40,682 bases of DNA from a virus (taxonomy: Duplodnaviria > Caudoviricetes). The notes under the pieces were generated by a model. The model was not told the origin of the DNA and ran no database searches. It worked only from the letters and a program-made list of their open reading frames with translations. Position numbers and translations under genes: made by a program. The DNA is taken from positions 1 to 40,682 of IMG/VR virus record IMGVR_UViG_3300030061_001844; one strand, given 5' to 3'. This document shows, in pieces, positions 7,441 through 16,155 of this stretch (position 1 is its first letter; every line of letters starts with the position of its first letter).

Positions 7441-9501
7441 TTACTTCTTGTTAGCAATCTTTACTTGCTCAATCTTGTATTCCCAAGTGTCCATGAAGGC
7501 AGGGATTTCTGTGATTGGAGTCATTACTTTCTTACCATTTGTCTTTGCGCTGTAAGGAATCTTGAATTGGTCGGGGTTATCACTCAACCATTGACCCATA
7601 GCATTGAAGTCATCAACAGGTTCACCGGTGTGCGCGGCGTAAGCATTGACAGCACCCATAGCAATGTCTTCAAGAAGGTTTGCGGCTTTGTCCGATTTCT
7701 TCATCAACAGTTCAATACCTTGCTTGCTTCCGTGAAGAACTCTCTTACCATCAGTGAAGATAGGGTTGTGAGTAATCGTGCCAGTCAAAACTTGCGCGGC
7801 GTGGAATGCACTACCGACTGCGGCTTTGTCTGCTTCGGTCTTATCCAAAGCGACATAGTTAACATCGGGGTTCATCCAACCTTGCATCATAGCATTGTAA
7901 GCGTGTCCGTGTCCAACCTTGACAGCATCTTTGGTCATCATTGCGGCAGTCACAACTAAGTTTCCGTCTTTGTCCTTCGGGATTTGGTCAATGTCACCAG
8001 CCTTGATAGTCAACTTAGGTTGAGATACAAGTCCATGCTTGGCGAATGAGGTCATCACTTTGTCAAACACATTTGCTTCGATAGGAATGTGTCGTAAGAT
8101 GTGCATAGCAATCAAGTTCTTACGAGATTCAAGAAGCGCATTGCCAAGTTGGTCAGCAAACAGTTGAGGGTCGAACTCCGAAACAACACCTTTCATGTGT
8201 CGAATCTTGTTTCGGTCACCAGCCATCAGTAGTGCTTGAACTCCACCGCGTGCGGCAAGGTTGCCACAGTAAGTGCGGAGAACAGTCATGAATGCTTGGA
8301 GAGCAGACTTACCATCGTGAGCGTTGATGATTGATACACCAACACGATGTCCACCTTCTTCTTCGACAAGCGCGTCGCTGATTCTGTTAGCAGAAAGATT
8401 GACATAACCAAAGTTGCTAAGTGACTTAGCAGATTCGTTGCGTGTCTTGGTGCTGAATGCAGTGAGGTCAAGGTTGAGCATAGCACGCGCACCCTTGTTG
8501 AAAGCGAACGCGTCGTGACTGATGAGTTCAGTTCCCGACTCAAGTTCATACTTGAATTTGTTATCACCTATATCCACTTTCTTGTAGACGCAACCGTTAG
8601 CCATGTTGATGCCTCGGCAAGTATCAATGACAGGGTTGAATACATCGGGGTGTTCAACTACCTCAAAACCAGCACCAGCGGCGCGGTTGATACAATGTCC
8701 AAGTGGTTCATCTTCTGTCGCAAGAGTTGGGTTGAAGATAGCGTTGATTCGATTGTCACCTTTTGCTGTGGTAATGTCGTGGTAAGTAGTTGTTGATTGA
8801 CCAGTAGTTGGGTCAACTGTCACATTACGCGCAACCAATTCGTATGTCTTGGTGCGGAAGTTCCATGCACCAACATTCTCATGTCGCTTTCCACTAACCA
8901 TAGCCTTGCTGATGTCGCTTGACATCGTTGCTTTGATTGCTTCGGATTCAGCGTAGCGTTCTTGGCGTGCCTTTTCAGCATCCAAGATTGCTTTCGTCTT
9001 CTTCTTGGCAGTCTTTTCTGCGGCTTCTTCAACGGTTTCATTCTCATCAAGAACAAAGTCTGCGAGGTCAACACCAAGCGCGTCACCAAAGTTCGGCACT
9101 TCATCGTCGTGTGTCGCATCTGTCATGTCAAACACAGGGGTGTCATCGTTGCTTGGTGTCGCATCTGTCATGTCAAACACAAGGTCGTCATCGTCGGATG
9201 CTTGGTAGACTTCACCAAACTCAATCCACATGTCAGCAATGACTTTCAGCACAGCGTCGCCGTCAGTATCGTAAGTGTAGTTTGAGGCTACACTAATATC
9301 AACACTGTTGACTTTCGCGTCTTCCAACAAGAACACAGTCCAGTTTGAACCGTGTTGTATGGTGTGCTTGATGCACGCATTAGGAACGAACTTCTGTCCT
9401 TCCCATGCGTTAGATTCAATCACCTTCATGTCGTTCTTTTCATCTTGCGCTACACCAATAACGATGGTGCGCGGGGCTTCATTTTTCTTAGGGTCTTTCA
9501 T
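7441..9501 (-). CDS. DUF932/DUF945-like protein with long acidic N-terminal extension
   Basis: IINAHDGKSAL...LRTYCGNL...IRH matches the DUF932 N-S-H-D-G...R..C.N...H signature. Confidence 0.7.
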   Translation of the reverse strand: MKDPKKNEAPRTIVIGVAQDEKNDMKVIESNAWEGQKFVPNACIKHTIQHGSNWTVFLLEDAKVNSVDISVASNYTYDTDGDAVLKVIADMWIEFGEVYQASDDDDLVFDMTDATPSNDDTPVFDMTDATHDDEVPNFGDALGVDLADFVLDENETVEEAAEKTAKKKTKAILDAEKARQERYAESEAIKATMSSDISKAMVSGKRHENVGAWNFRTKTYELVARNVTVDPTTGQSTTTYHDITTAKGDNRINAIFNPTLATEDEPLGHCINRAAGAGFEVVEHPDVFNPVIDTCRGINMANGCVYKKVDIGDNKFKYELESGTELISHDAFAFNKGARAMLNLDLTAFSTKTRNESAKSLSNFGYVNLSANRISDALVEEEGGHRVGVSIINAHDGKSALQAFMTVLRTYCGNLAARGGVQALLMAGDRNKIRHMKGVVSEFDPQLFADQLGNALLESRKNLIAMHILRHIPIEANVFDKVMTSFAKHGLVSQPKLTIKAGDIDQIPKDKDGNLVVTAAMMTKDAVKVGHGHAYNAMMQGWMNPDVNYVALDKTEADKAAVGSAFHAAQVLTGTITHNPIFTDGKRVLHGSKQGIELLMKKSDKAANLLEDIAMGAVNAYAAHTGEPVDDFNAMGQWLSDNPDQFKIPYSAKTNGKKVMTPITEIPAFMDTWEYKIEQVKIANKK
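9111..9181. repeat. 26-bp direct repeat, period 45 bp, encoding VFDMTDAT twice
   Basis: GTGTCGCATCTGTCATGTCAAACACA at 9111-9136 and 9156-9181. Confidence 0.95.
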
Positions 9502-9503
9502 AT

Positions 9504-10145
9504 TTAATCCTCCTTATTTTTGTGTCCGTTGGACTGTGATGTGACATCGCTTTCGATGTCGGGGCTTTCGCTCATGTCAAAATCATCCATGTCGAATGTG
9601 ATTTCTTCTTCTGCGGCGCGCGCCATAGAATCAGATTCGAGCGACGGTATAAGAACATTCTCATCCGCGTCTATTAGATTTGCAATCTCATCGTGCATGT
9701 CAAACTCAAACTCCGAGAAGATAATATCCTCTTCGGTCATGCGTTTGTCTTGAATATCTTGAGCGTCTTGTTCAGCGATGAGTTGTTCAATCGCTTCGGG
9801 TGTATGGTTGCGAGCAAACTTGTCAAAGGTAAGTGAGCAAATGCTTACTCCACAATTAGAGTCATCGCAACAGTAGTGTGTGTTCTCCATCTTACCTTGT
9901 TGAATTTTGTAAGACAATGCTTTCCATTGTCCACCGCAACGAGGGCATTCGCGAACATACTGTGGTGGTATGTGTGACATGTTCCTGTGCGGGTTGAGAT
10001 ACTTCTCCTTCAAAGGGCTTTGAGGTCGAACAAATCCATTCATGACAATCATGTATTCACCATCACCAAGACTATTGGTAGCCATGCTGATGACTGTGTG
10101 CTTGTCGTCAAGTAGCGTGTGAAAATCTTGTGTGCTGAAACTCAT
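9504..10145 (-). CDS. Zn-ribbon protein with acidic tail
   Basis: CPRCGG...CCDDSNCG; D/E-rich C-terminus containing three FDM motifs. Confidence 0.8.
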   Translation of the reverse strand: MSFSTQDFHTLLDDKHTVISMATNSLGDGEYMIVMNGFVRPQSPLKEKYLNPHRNMSHIPPQYVRECPRCGGQWKALSYKIQQGKMENTHYCCDDSNCGVSICSLTFDKFARNHTPEAIEQLIAEQDAQDIQDKRMTEEDIIFSEFEFDMHDEIANLIDADENVLIPSLESDSMARAAEEEITFDMDDFDMSESPDIESDVTSQSNGHKNKED

Positions 10146-10516
10146 TGTGAATCCCCCGTTGGTTCAAAGCCAAGCAAGTCACATGCCAACTCATGCATCA
10201 GTTGATTGATTGCGGCTGTCACATCAGCATCTTCAACAACGGGTTGCATCTCTCTCCACTTTGCATTCATGTAGCAGTATGCGCTTGGTTTGTCACTGTA
10301 ATAGTTTGGATTAGCGCGGTATTTCTCAAGCGTTCTTTCCATCGCTTGGTCGTAGGTTTTGTAGCCGTAGTTAGCCATCAAATCCATAGCCTCACGCATG
10401 AGGCTGTTGCTGTCAGTATTTCCATTGTCAATTGCGTTGAGGTTGTCAACTGCCATCTGTCTTCTGTCTTCTTTCAATTCTTCTTCATTCATTTGTTCCA
10501 CCTTCGGTGTTGTCAT
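10142..10516 (-). CDS. Hypothetical protein
   Basis: 124-aa helical ORF in the co-oriented gene run. Confidence 0.75.
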   Translation of the reverse strand: MTTPKVEQMNEEELKEDRRQMAVDNLNAIDNGNTDSNSLMREAMDLMANYGYKTYDQAMERTLEKYRANPNYYSDKPSAYCYMNAKWREMQPVVEDADVTAAINQLMHELACDLLGFEPTGDSQ

Positions 10517-10745
10517 CCATACTCATGATGTATTCATCATGCGCGTGGAGAATAGGAATGACATAACTCATTCGTGCGGCAAGCGCACCAAGTTCTGTCG
10601 CGGGACCGATGAGTTGTGACCCATCGGGAGAGTTGATGAACACGATTCGGTCATGAACAAGTGTGCCGTAAGGCATCTTGAGAATAACTTCGCGCCCAAT
10701 GTCTTCATCTGTCCAACCATCTTGAGGGATAGGTGTTGGCTTCAT
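10485..10745 (-). CDS. Hypothetical protein
   Basis: 86 aa; TAATG overlap and GGAGG RBS. Confidence 0.7.
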   Translation of the reverse strand: MKPTPIPQDGWTDEDIGREVILKMPYGTLVHDRIVFINSPDGSQLIGPATELGALAARMSYVIPILHAHDEYIMSMDDNTEGGTNE

Positions 10746-11032
10746 TAGTCTTCGCCTCCTGTTGTTAATGTAGCAATGTAGAAATCCGCATCGCTGACTT
10801 CATCAATCACAAGTGAGTAATCACCTTCGGCAATCAGCATTAGGTCGCGCCCCTTCAAGTTGGGTAGTAAGTTAGTGATGAAGTATAGACGCGCCGCTGT
10901 ATCTTTTACTTCTTCTCTAAAAGAATTAGAAGTGTATCTATCAACATGAGTAATGTAGTTAGGGTGTATAACAAAGTTAAGGAATCCATCTTCGTTCTTT
11001 TGTTTTGGAAACTTTATTTCATATCCAGTCAT
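10745..11032 (-). CDS. Hypothetical protein
   Basis: 95 aa; ATGA overlap and GGTGA RBS. Confidence 0.75.
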   Translation of the reverse strand: MTGYEIKFPKQKNEDGFLNFVIHPNYITHVDRYTSNSFREEVKDTAARLYFITNLLPNLKGRDLMLIAEGDYSLVIDEVSDADFYIATLTTGGED

Positions 11033-11691
11033 TCTTTCACCACCAAGTTTCCGTGTTCAAAGTGCCAGTCCATCAATGCAGTCTTGCGCGGTTCTGCTTT
11101 GGTTGACCAAGAGGGATAGTCATGGTGCATTGGTGAGTAGGTATCTTTACCAAGCGCGGCAAAGATAGCAACGATAACATTGTCATGCAAGTCTTGGTTC
11201 AATGCTTCAAGTGATTCAAGCAACTGTTCTGCTGTGAACTCATGCTTGACTGTGGACACAAGAGCATCGCGTGGTTCTGCAAGAAACTTTCCGTCGCGGG
11301 TCATCTTCTTGACAAACAGTTCGGGGTCAAAGTCTTTCACCGCGTCTTTCTTGTGCTGTGGTGGTGTGTAGAAATCAACCAAGTTCTCGTCAAAGAATTT
11401 CGAGTCATCTAACAGTGCGTGTTGGTCGCTGTGTGATAGAGTATCGTTGTATGAATATTCAATAGGGAATGAATCTTTGTGTATAACAATCTTGCCAGTC
11501 TTCTTAGACGCGTAGTATAAACTTGACTGCACTTGCATCCAAGTCATGTTCCTACCTGCACCTCTTCTGTCAACGCGAGCGTGAACTTGCTTGGCATTCA
11601 GTCGTTCATTCAGTATTGTGCTACCTTTCATGATGCGTGTCACAAATTCGTAGTTCTTTTCGTTTGGTCTTTTTGTAAATTTATTATTCAA
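11029..11691 (-). CDS. Hypothetical protein, possible N-terminal winged helix
   Basis: Start moved to TTG 11691, which follows a GGAGG RBS and overlaps the upstream stop. Confidence 0.7.
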   Translation of the reverse strand: MNNKFTKRPNEKNYEFVTRIMKGSTILNERLNAKQVHARVDRRGAGRNMTWMQVQSSLYYASKKTGKIVIHKDSFPIEYSYNDTLSHSDQHALLDDSKFFDENLVDFYTPPQHKKDAVKDFDPELFVKKMTRDGKFLAEPRDALVSTVKHEFTAEQLLESLEALNQDLHDNVIVAIFAALGKDTYSPMHHDYPSWSTKAEPRKTALMDWHFEHGNLVVKE

Positions 11692-11837
11692 TTTAAATCC
11701 TCCTTGTTTGTTTGGACTTCTTCTTCTTGTTGAAGAGCGCGTGTCCAAAGACGCGTGTTTGATTGTGGTTTTCCATCAGTGTATTCCCAAAAGATATACT
11801 CTTCGGTTTCGATTTTGACAACGAGTTGTTCACTCAT
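11688..11837 (-). CDS. 49-aa microprotein
   Basis: Manual translation MSEQLVVKIETEEYIFWEY...NKEDLN; overlaps both neighbours by 4 nt. Confidence 0.7.
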   Translation of the reverse strand: MSEQLVVKIETEEYIFWEYTDGKPQSNTRLWTRALQQEEEVQTNKEDLN

Positions 11838-12220
11838 TCTTCTTCACCTACTAATGTCAACATGTGTGCGTCGATTCGTGCCACCAATTCTGCTTTAGTG
11901 CCACTGACTTTCAAGCCGTGAGATTTGCATACTTCTTTCAGCACTGCGTTCTTCATGTTAGAGTAAATGCTGATGCTATCTACTTGAGATACGCGTCGGC
12001 TTACTTTTCTCTTTAGCATGTAGTTTGCTGTTCCGTATTTTGTCTTGACGCGAATGTAGTTCTTACACTTGCTCAAGTATGCTTTGCCACCATCAAACTC
12101 AATGCTTGTTGGTTGGTCGCGGTATCCCCACGGTTTGTTATTCTCTTTGATGTTCTCTCTCAATTGAGTGAGAGCATCTTCATGTGTTGGCTTTTCTTCT
12201 GCTAAGGTTTCGTTAATCAT
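11834..12220 (-). CDS. SAP-domain DNA-binding protein
   Basis: C-terminal LKEVCKSHGLKVSGTKAELVARI is a canonical SAP motif. Confidence 0.85.
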   Translation of the reverse strand: MINETLAEEKPTHEDALTQLRENIKENNKPWGYRDQPTSIEFDGGKAYLSKCKNYIRVKTKYGTANYMLKRKVSRRVSQVDSISIYSNMKNAVLKEVCKSHGLKVSGTKAELVARIDAHMLTLVGEEE

Positions 12221-12242
12221 TTTTCATTTCTCCTTTGTGTCA

Positions 12243-13820
12243 TCAAGCATTTTGCTTGTGGACTATGTGTGCTGGGTTGATACCGTTAGTGTGGTATCGT
12301 ATCTTCTCATGAGGTATTCCTGTATCATGAATGAGGTTAAAGAACGAGCGATAGTCACCGCTTTCTAAATCGTTATACACGAACATCCAAATGTCCTTGT
12401 GCTTCGCGCCTCGGAAGACACGACCAATCGTTTGAATACGAGAGCGCACATTGTTTGTGCCACTCATCATGATGACACCATCCATGTCGGGTGCGTTGAA
12501 ACCCTCCTTCAATGATTTACATGTGAGTAAGATGTCGGAGGCTGACCTCTCCCATCGCTTGAGTTCTTTCGTTGCGTCTTCTCCATACTGTGCAAGTCGT
12601 CGCTTGAATGCTGGGTTGTTGAGTTCGGGGTATGTTTGATAGACATGTGGTGGTAGTGTAGTAAGACCGCTGTGATATACATGAGGGTTGATACCAATGT
12701 TCTTACACATACCATTGAGTCTTTCGATACCAAAGATTGTTTCATGGAACAGCGCATACTTCTTACCGATGTTGCTTGTCAATACTTGTTGCGCCGCGTC
12801 GAATCTGTTCTCCATCTCATTCATCAATCGCTTGCGTTCATTACAACGCGCTTGATATATTCCTAATGCTTGACGAGCCTCACCACTCAATCCCCAATTG
12901 GTTCGGGCAAAGAGGTTGTTCGCGTTGCCACCTTCTTCACTCACTAACTTGTAGCACTTGTGATAGAGTTTGGATATGCGTTCTGTCAAATCTTCATACT
13001 CAATCAGTTCGGATTGAGTCATGTTGATGTGAACGACATGGAATGTAAAGTCGAGTGCATCATCACCGTTGCGTGACTGTTCGATACCTTCGATTAGTTT
13101 GAGGTGAAACTGAATACCAACATCGCAGTCTTCACCACTACAAACAGAACCCACAGGAGATGTATTCATTTCACACATAACACAGACACCATCACTACGG
13201 TTTGGTGTTGCGCTAAGTAGAAGACAACCATCACCTTGAAAGGTTCGGAGTGTGCGAAGCGCAACCTCTCCACCTGCTCGGTGACATTCATCAAGAACCA
13301 TTAGCAGTGGTCTGTTCTTCAAGTGATTGAGTGCTTTCACTTTCTTGAGCGAAAGGTAAGTGGTGATATAAACATCCTTGTGAGGAGCGCGTTCATTATA
13401 TCCACCACCAATACGACCGCATGTGAGTTGCCACATACGAACAGTGGTTCGCGTTTGATTGAGTAGTTGCTTGGATGGCACAACAAATACGATAGCGGGT
13501 CTGCCTGTCTTTCTTGTTGGTGAACGAAGGTGTCCGTCGTGTAGCCAATTGTGCATGACAGTAATAGCAAGGCGAGTCTTACCTGCACCTGTCGCGGCTG
13601 ACACACACATTCGAGGCTTCTCAAGACCGAGCCACTTGTTGTATGCTTTTGCTTGCCATAGACGCGCACCCTCTTCCAACTGTTCACCTGTTCGGTTGCT
13701 TGGTAGCGATGCTTTCATCTTAGCATGGTCTTCGGCAGTCAAGACTGTGCTTGCTACGCTTTCATTCATATCAAACTCTATTTCTTCTTCGACATTCATG
13801 TCAAATATTATTTCATTCAT
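12243..13820 (-). CDS. Superfamily 2 (XPB/Rad25/ResIII-like) helicase
   Basis: AATGAGKT, VVPS, DECH, SAT, EGFNAP and QTIGRVFR motifs. Confidence 0.92.
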   Translation of the reverse strand: MNEIIFDMNVEEEIEFDMNESVASTVLTAEDHAKMKASLPSNRTGEQLEEGARLWQAKAYNKWLGLEKPRMCVSAATGAGKTRLAITVMHNWLHDGHLRSPTRKTGRPAIVFVVPSKQLLNQTRTTVRMWQLTCGRIGGGYNERAPHKDVYITTYLSLKKVKALNHLKNRPLLMVLDECHRAGGEVALRTLRTFQGDGCLLLSATPNRSDGVCVMCEMNTSPVGSVCSGEDCDVGIQFHLKLIEGIEQSRNGDDALDFTFHVVHINMTQSELIEYEDLTERISKLYHKCYKLVSEEGGNANNLFARTNWGLSGEARQALGIYQARCNERKRLMNEMENRFDAAQQVLTSNIGKKYALFHETIFGIERLNGMCKNIGINPHVYHSGLTTLPPHVYQTYPELNNPAFKRRLAQYGEDATKELKRWERSASDILLTCKSLKEGFNAPDMDGVIMMSGTNNVRSRIQTIGRVFRGAKHKDIWMFVYNDLESGDYRSFFNLIHDTGIPHEKIRYHTNGINPAHIVHKQNA

Positions 13821-14092
13821 TGTAATCCCTCATCAATTTGTTCAGCGCGAGTATCAATCCAATCAGCGTCGCTTGGTGTGAACCAATCGGTAAATCGCTG
13901 ACCGATTATGTGGTAAGGGTCAAGACCAAGCCATTGATAGTTAATCAATTCAAGGTCTTCAATCCACTCATCGCAAGCCGTGACATAAGCCTCGGTGCTT
14001 GAGTTGTAGGTATAACCTGCTCGCTCTTTGTCTTCTTCACTAAGGGATGAATACCATTCAACCCAACTGTTCGATGTGTTTTCGTTTTTCAT
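13817..14092 (-). CDS. Trp-rich acidic hypothetical protein
   Basis: 91 aa; ATGA overlap with the helicase. Confidence 0.7.
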   Translation of the reverse strand: MKNENTSNSWVEWYSSLSEEDKERAGYTYNSSTEAYVTACDEWIEDLELINYQWLGLDPYHIIGQRFTDWFTPSDADWIDTRAEQIDEGLQ

Positions 14093-14099
14093 TTTTCCA

Positions 14100-14185
14100 C
14101 TTTCCTTTTATTGATATTATCTTTTTATTATAATAGAGATATAACTATTATTCTTATTAGAAGAATATGATATTCGCGATAATCA
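14100..14185. promoter_or_regulatory. Very AT-rich intergenic tract (candidate promoter or unwinding element)
   Basis: TTTTATTGATATTATCTTTTTATTATAATAG...TTCTTATTAGAAGAA directly upstream of the minus-strand operon. Confidence 0.45.
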
Positions 14186-14384
14186 TTCGTGTTAATGTGT
14201 AGATTAGCGCGTAGATAGATACTCAACATCACAACACAACCATGCATGTGTCATAGTTGTTGCGATAGACGCGAGGTGAATGTGATGTATTGATTCAAGA
14301 GCAACGGGTGATATGTCAAGAGCGTTAGTAATCGCGCATACTCGACAAAGGAATAGGATAATTTTGACTGATGAATCAATCACT

Positions 14385-14399
14385 CAACCGTATGGTTGG
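14385..14399. promoter_or_regulatory. Near-palindromic operator-like site CAACCGTATGGTTGG, copy 1
   Basis: Identical 15-mer at 15829-15843; both copies are intergenic. Confidence 0.6.
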
Positions 14400-14469
14400 C
14401 GTTGCATCGAGTCTTTGGTTATACCAGCAAGAGAAACCGTGAATGACTTTCATTTAGGTTTCGAGGTAT

Positions 14470-14514
14470 AAAAAAAAGGCGCGATGCATAGCCAACCCGA
14501 CTATGCACCACGCC
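14470..14514 (-). terminator. Hairpin plus U-tract terminator
   Basis: Minus strand GGCGTGGTGCATAGTC-GGGTT-GGCTATGCATCGCGCC (16 pairs, 3 of them G-U) followed by T8, downstream of 14586..15695. Confidence 0.8.
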
Positions 14515-14585
14515 AAAGAATGGGTGAGGATTACGATTCCTCAAACGAGTGTGATTGATAACTCAATGGTTAATCAAGTGAGTAT
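14478..14585 (-). ncRNA. Conserved structured 3'-UTR element, copy 2
   Basis: Same motif order as 7332-7436; TGAGGA/TCCTCA stem with ATCGTAA loop. Confidence 0.6.
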
Positions 14586-15695
14586 TCAAAGGGTGTCAAG
14601 TGAACCAATGTCAAGGTTGTTGTAGTCCTCATCAGTCATTCTACCGGATGATGTAGGAGTCCAGTCATTCTTAACCAAAGGCCAGTGCCAAGACTGTGCT
14701 TGACCACCAATCACCTTTGAGTCTGCCACTTCTTCGTTGATACCAATGAATGCTCGGAACGCTTCACGGAAGTCATCGGATACAGACCAAGCAAATCGCG
14801 CTGTCCAAAAGTTTCTCTCGGATTCAAGGACAACATAAGCGGCCATTTGAAGAGTGAATCTCTTAGCGGCTTGGTAGTTGCCAGCACCACATAGTTCGGG
14901 GAACCAAGAGCGAGTCTTGTATGTCTTACCGGTCTTTTCATCAGTCCACTTCTTGTTTCGCTTTGGAGCGATACAAAGAACATCAGCGGCAACCTTGAGA
15001 AGTTGAGTATCCCAGTCAATGGCATTCGACAATTGCTTCGGGTTCAATTCCTTTCGACCGGAGAGAGTCATTTCATAACCGTCACCGTTCTTGTTGGTCT
15101 TGTGAAGGACTGCCTTAGCCATGTTGATTTCTTTGTCGGTGACACCTTTGATTGCCAGTTTGACACCTTTGTTCCAATCATCAAGGACAAAGGAAACCTC
15201 GGTAGCGTCTGCCAGTTCTTCTTCTTCTTCATCGTCAAAGTCTTCATCGTCATCAATGCCAGCAGATTCAGTCGAAGTCATGCTGAAATCAATTCCCGCA
15301 TCTTCTTCTTCTTCTTCTTCTTCATCGAAGTGCGAAGCCACAAAGTCGAATGCCAATTGGCACAAGTTGTTTAGGCTCTTTGCTTCTGTCAACATCAGTT
15401 TGAATACTTCAAGGACTTTCACTTTGTCAGTCTTGGCATTGATACCGGTGGTATTGCCTTTCTTGTAGTAAGCGTCGATACGGCTATGTTTGATACCCAT
15501 ATTCTTTGCCAAACGGATGATGAAAGTGGCGTTGTTGGTTGCTTTCGCACTGCCGCTGTTCTTCACAGTCTTTACTTCGTTCATTTTCTCCCCCAATGTA
15601 TTATAGAAAGCCTCGTTGTCTTTAGCGACAACTACCGCTTTGCACATTACACCAAGTGTATTGTTCAGTTCATTCCTCATGCTTGTTTTTTCCAT
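14586..15695 (-). CDS. Hypothetical protein with central poly-acidic tract; first gene of the leftward arm
   Basis: 369 aa, GAGGTAA RBS, own promoter and terminator; DEEEEEED...DDDEDFDDEEEEE. Confidence 0.85.
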   Translation of the reverse strand: MEKTSMRNELNNTLGVMCKAVVVAKDNEAFYNTLGEKMNEVKTVKNSGSAKATNNATFIIRLAKNMGIKHSRIDAYYKKGNTTGINAKTDKVKVLEVFKLMLTEAKSLNNLCQLAFDFVASHFDEEEEEEEDAGIDFSMTSTESAGIDDDEDFDDEEEEELADATEVSFVLDDWNKGVKLAIKGVTDKEINMAKAVLHKTNKNGDGYEMTLSGRKELNPKQLSNAIDWDTQLLKVAADVLCIAPKRNKKWTDEKTGKTYKTRSWFPELCGAGNYQAAKRFTLQMAAYVVLESERNFWTARFAWSVSDDFREAFRAFIGINEEVADSKVIGGQAQSWHWPLVKNDWTPTSSGRMTDEDYNNLDIGSLDTL

Positions 15696-15748
15696 GTCTA
15701 TTACCTCATGACCCTTCTTGGGCTGACTTTCCAGTAAGGTTTAGAGTT

Positions 15749-15762
15749 CCCCTTATAAGGGG
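15749..15762. promoter_or_regulatory. Perfect palindrome CCCCTTATAAGGGG with a TATA-box core
   Basis: Lies about 55-65 bp upstream of ATG 15695, flanked by the inverted repeat GGCTGAC (15721) / GTCAGCC (15781). Confidence 0.6.
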
Positions 15763-15790
15763 TCGAGCCAAAATCGGGTTGTCAGCCTTT

Positions 15791-16054
15791 CGCGCTCTTG
15801 CCGCGAAAAGGAGAGCAAGAACGCGTGACAACCGTATGGTTGGAGGCGCGATGGAATCGCGCCGGAAACCCGCGATAAAGCAACCGCGAAACGCGCTACT
15901 GCGCGACTGTTTCCCATGCGACATAGTGCATAAGCGCGTGGCGATTACCAGCGCGAATGCTTCGCGCTTTACCGCGAGTTCCTCGCGGAGTATTTGCCCG
16001 TCGCGTTAGCCGGAGTCGCGCTCGCGGCGCGACAATTTGCCCTCCTTAACCGCG
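15791..16054. other. CGCG-dense non-coding region at the strand switch (candidate ori, pac site or terminus)
   Basis: 19 CGCG tetramers counted by hand, followed by A/T tracts at about 16070-16111. Confidence 0.6.
15829..15843. promoter_or_regulatory. Operator-like site CAACCGTATGGTTGG, copy 2
   Basis: Identical to 14385-14399. Confidence 0.6.
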
Positions 16055-16155
16055 TGCGAAATACAGATATTTTTTTCGTGGGGGTCAAAAAAAAATTCCA
16101 GCCATTTTTTTATCAACCGCTATGTTCAAGGGTGTGGTTGTCCTCCCATCCACTA

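Noticed and set aside
7147-7959. 270-aa plus-strand ORF and similar antisense ORFs (e.g. 31543..32370, 1555..1995)
   Set aside because: They shadow well-supported genes on the opposite strand and show no motifs.
1186-12220. Many early proteins end in G-[GDV]-E-E-E-like tails, suggesting a degron
   Set aside because: Explained by the next gene's GGAGG/GGTGA RBS and purine spacer overlapping the stop (ATGA coupling).
14360-14470. CTGATGA...GAAAC resembling a hammerhead ribozyme core
   Set aside because: No credible stem II, and stem I would be mostly G-U pairs.
15656-16155. ORFs 15656..16009 (+), 15706..15924 (-) and the TTG extension of the giant ORF
   Set aside because: Arg/Ala-rich by-products of the CGCG tract, with no RBS and atypical composition.
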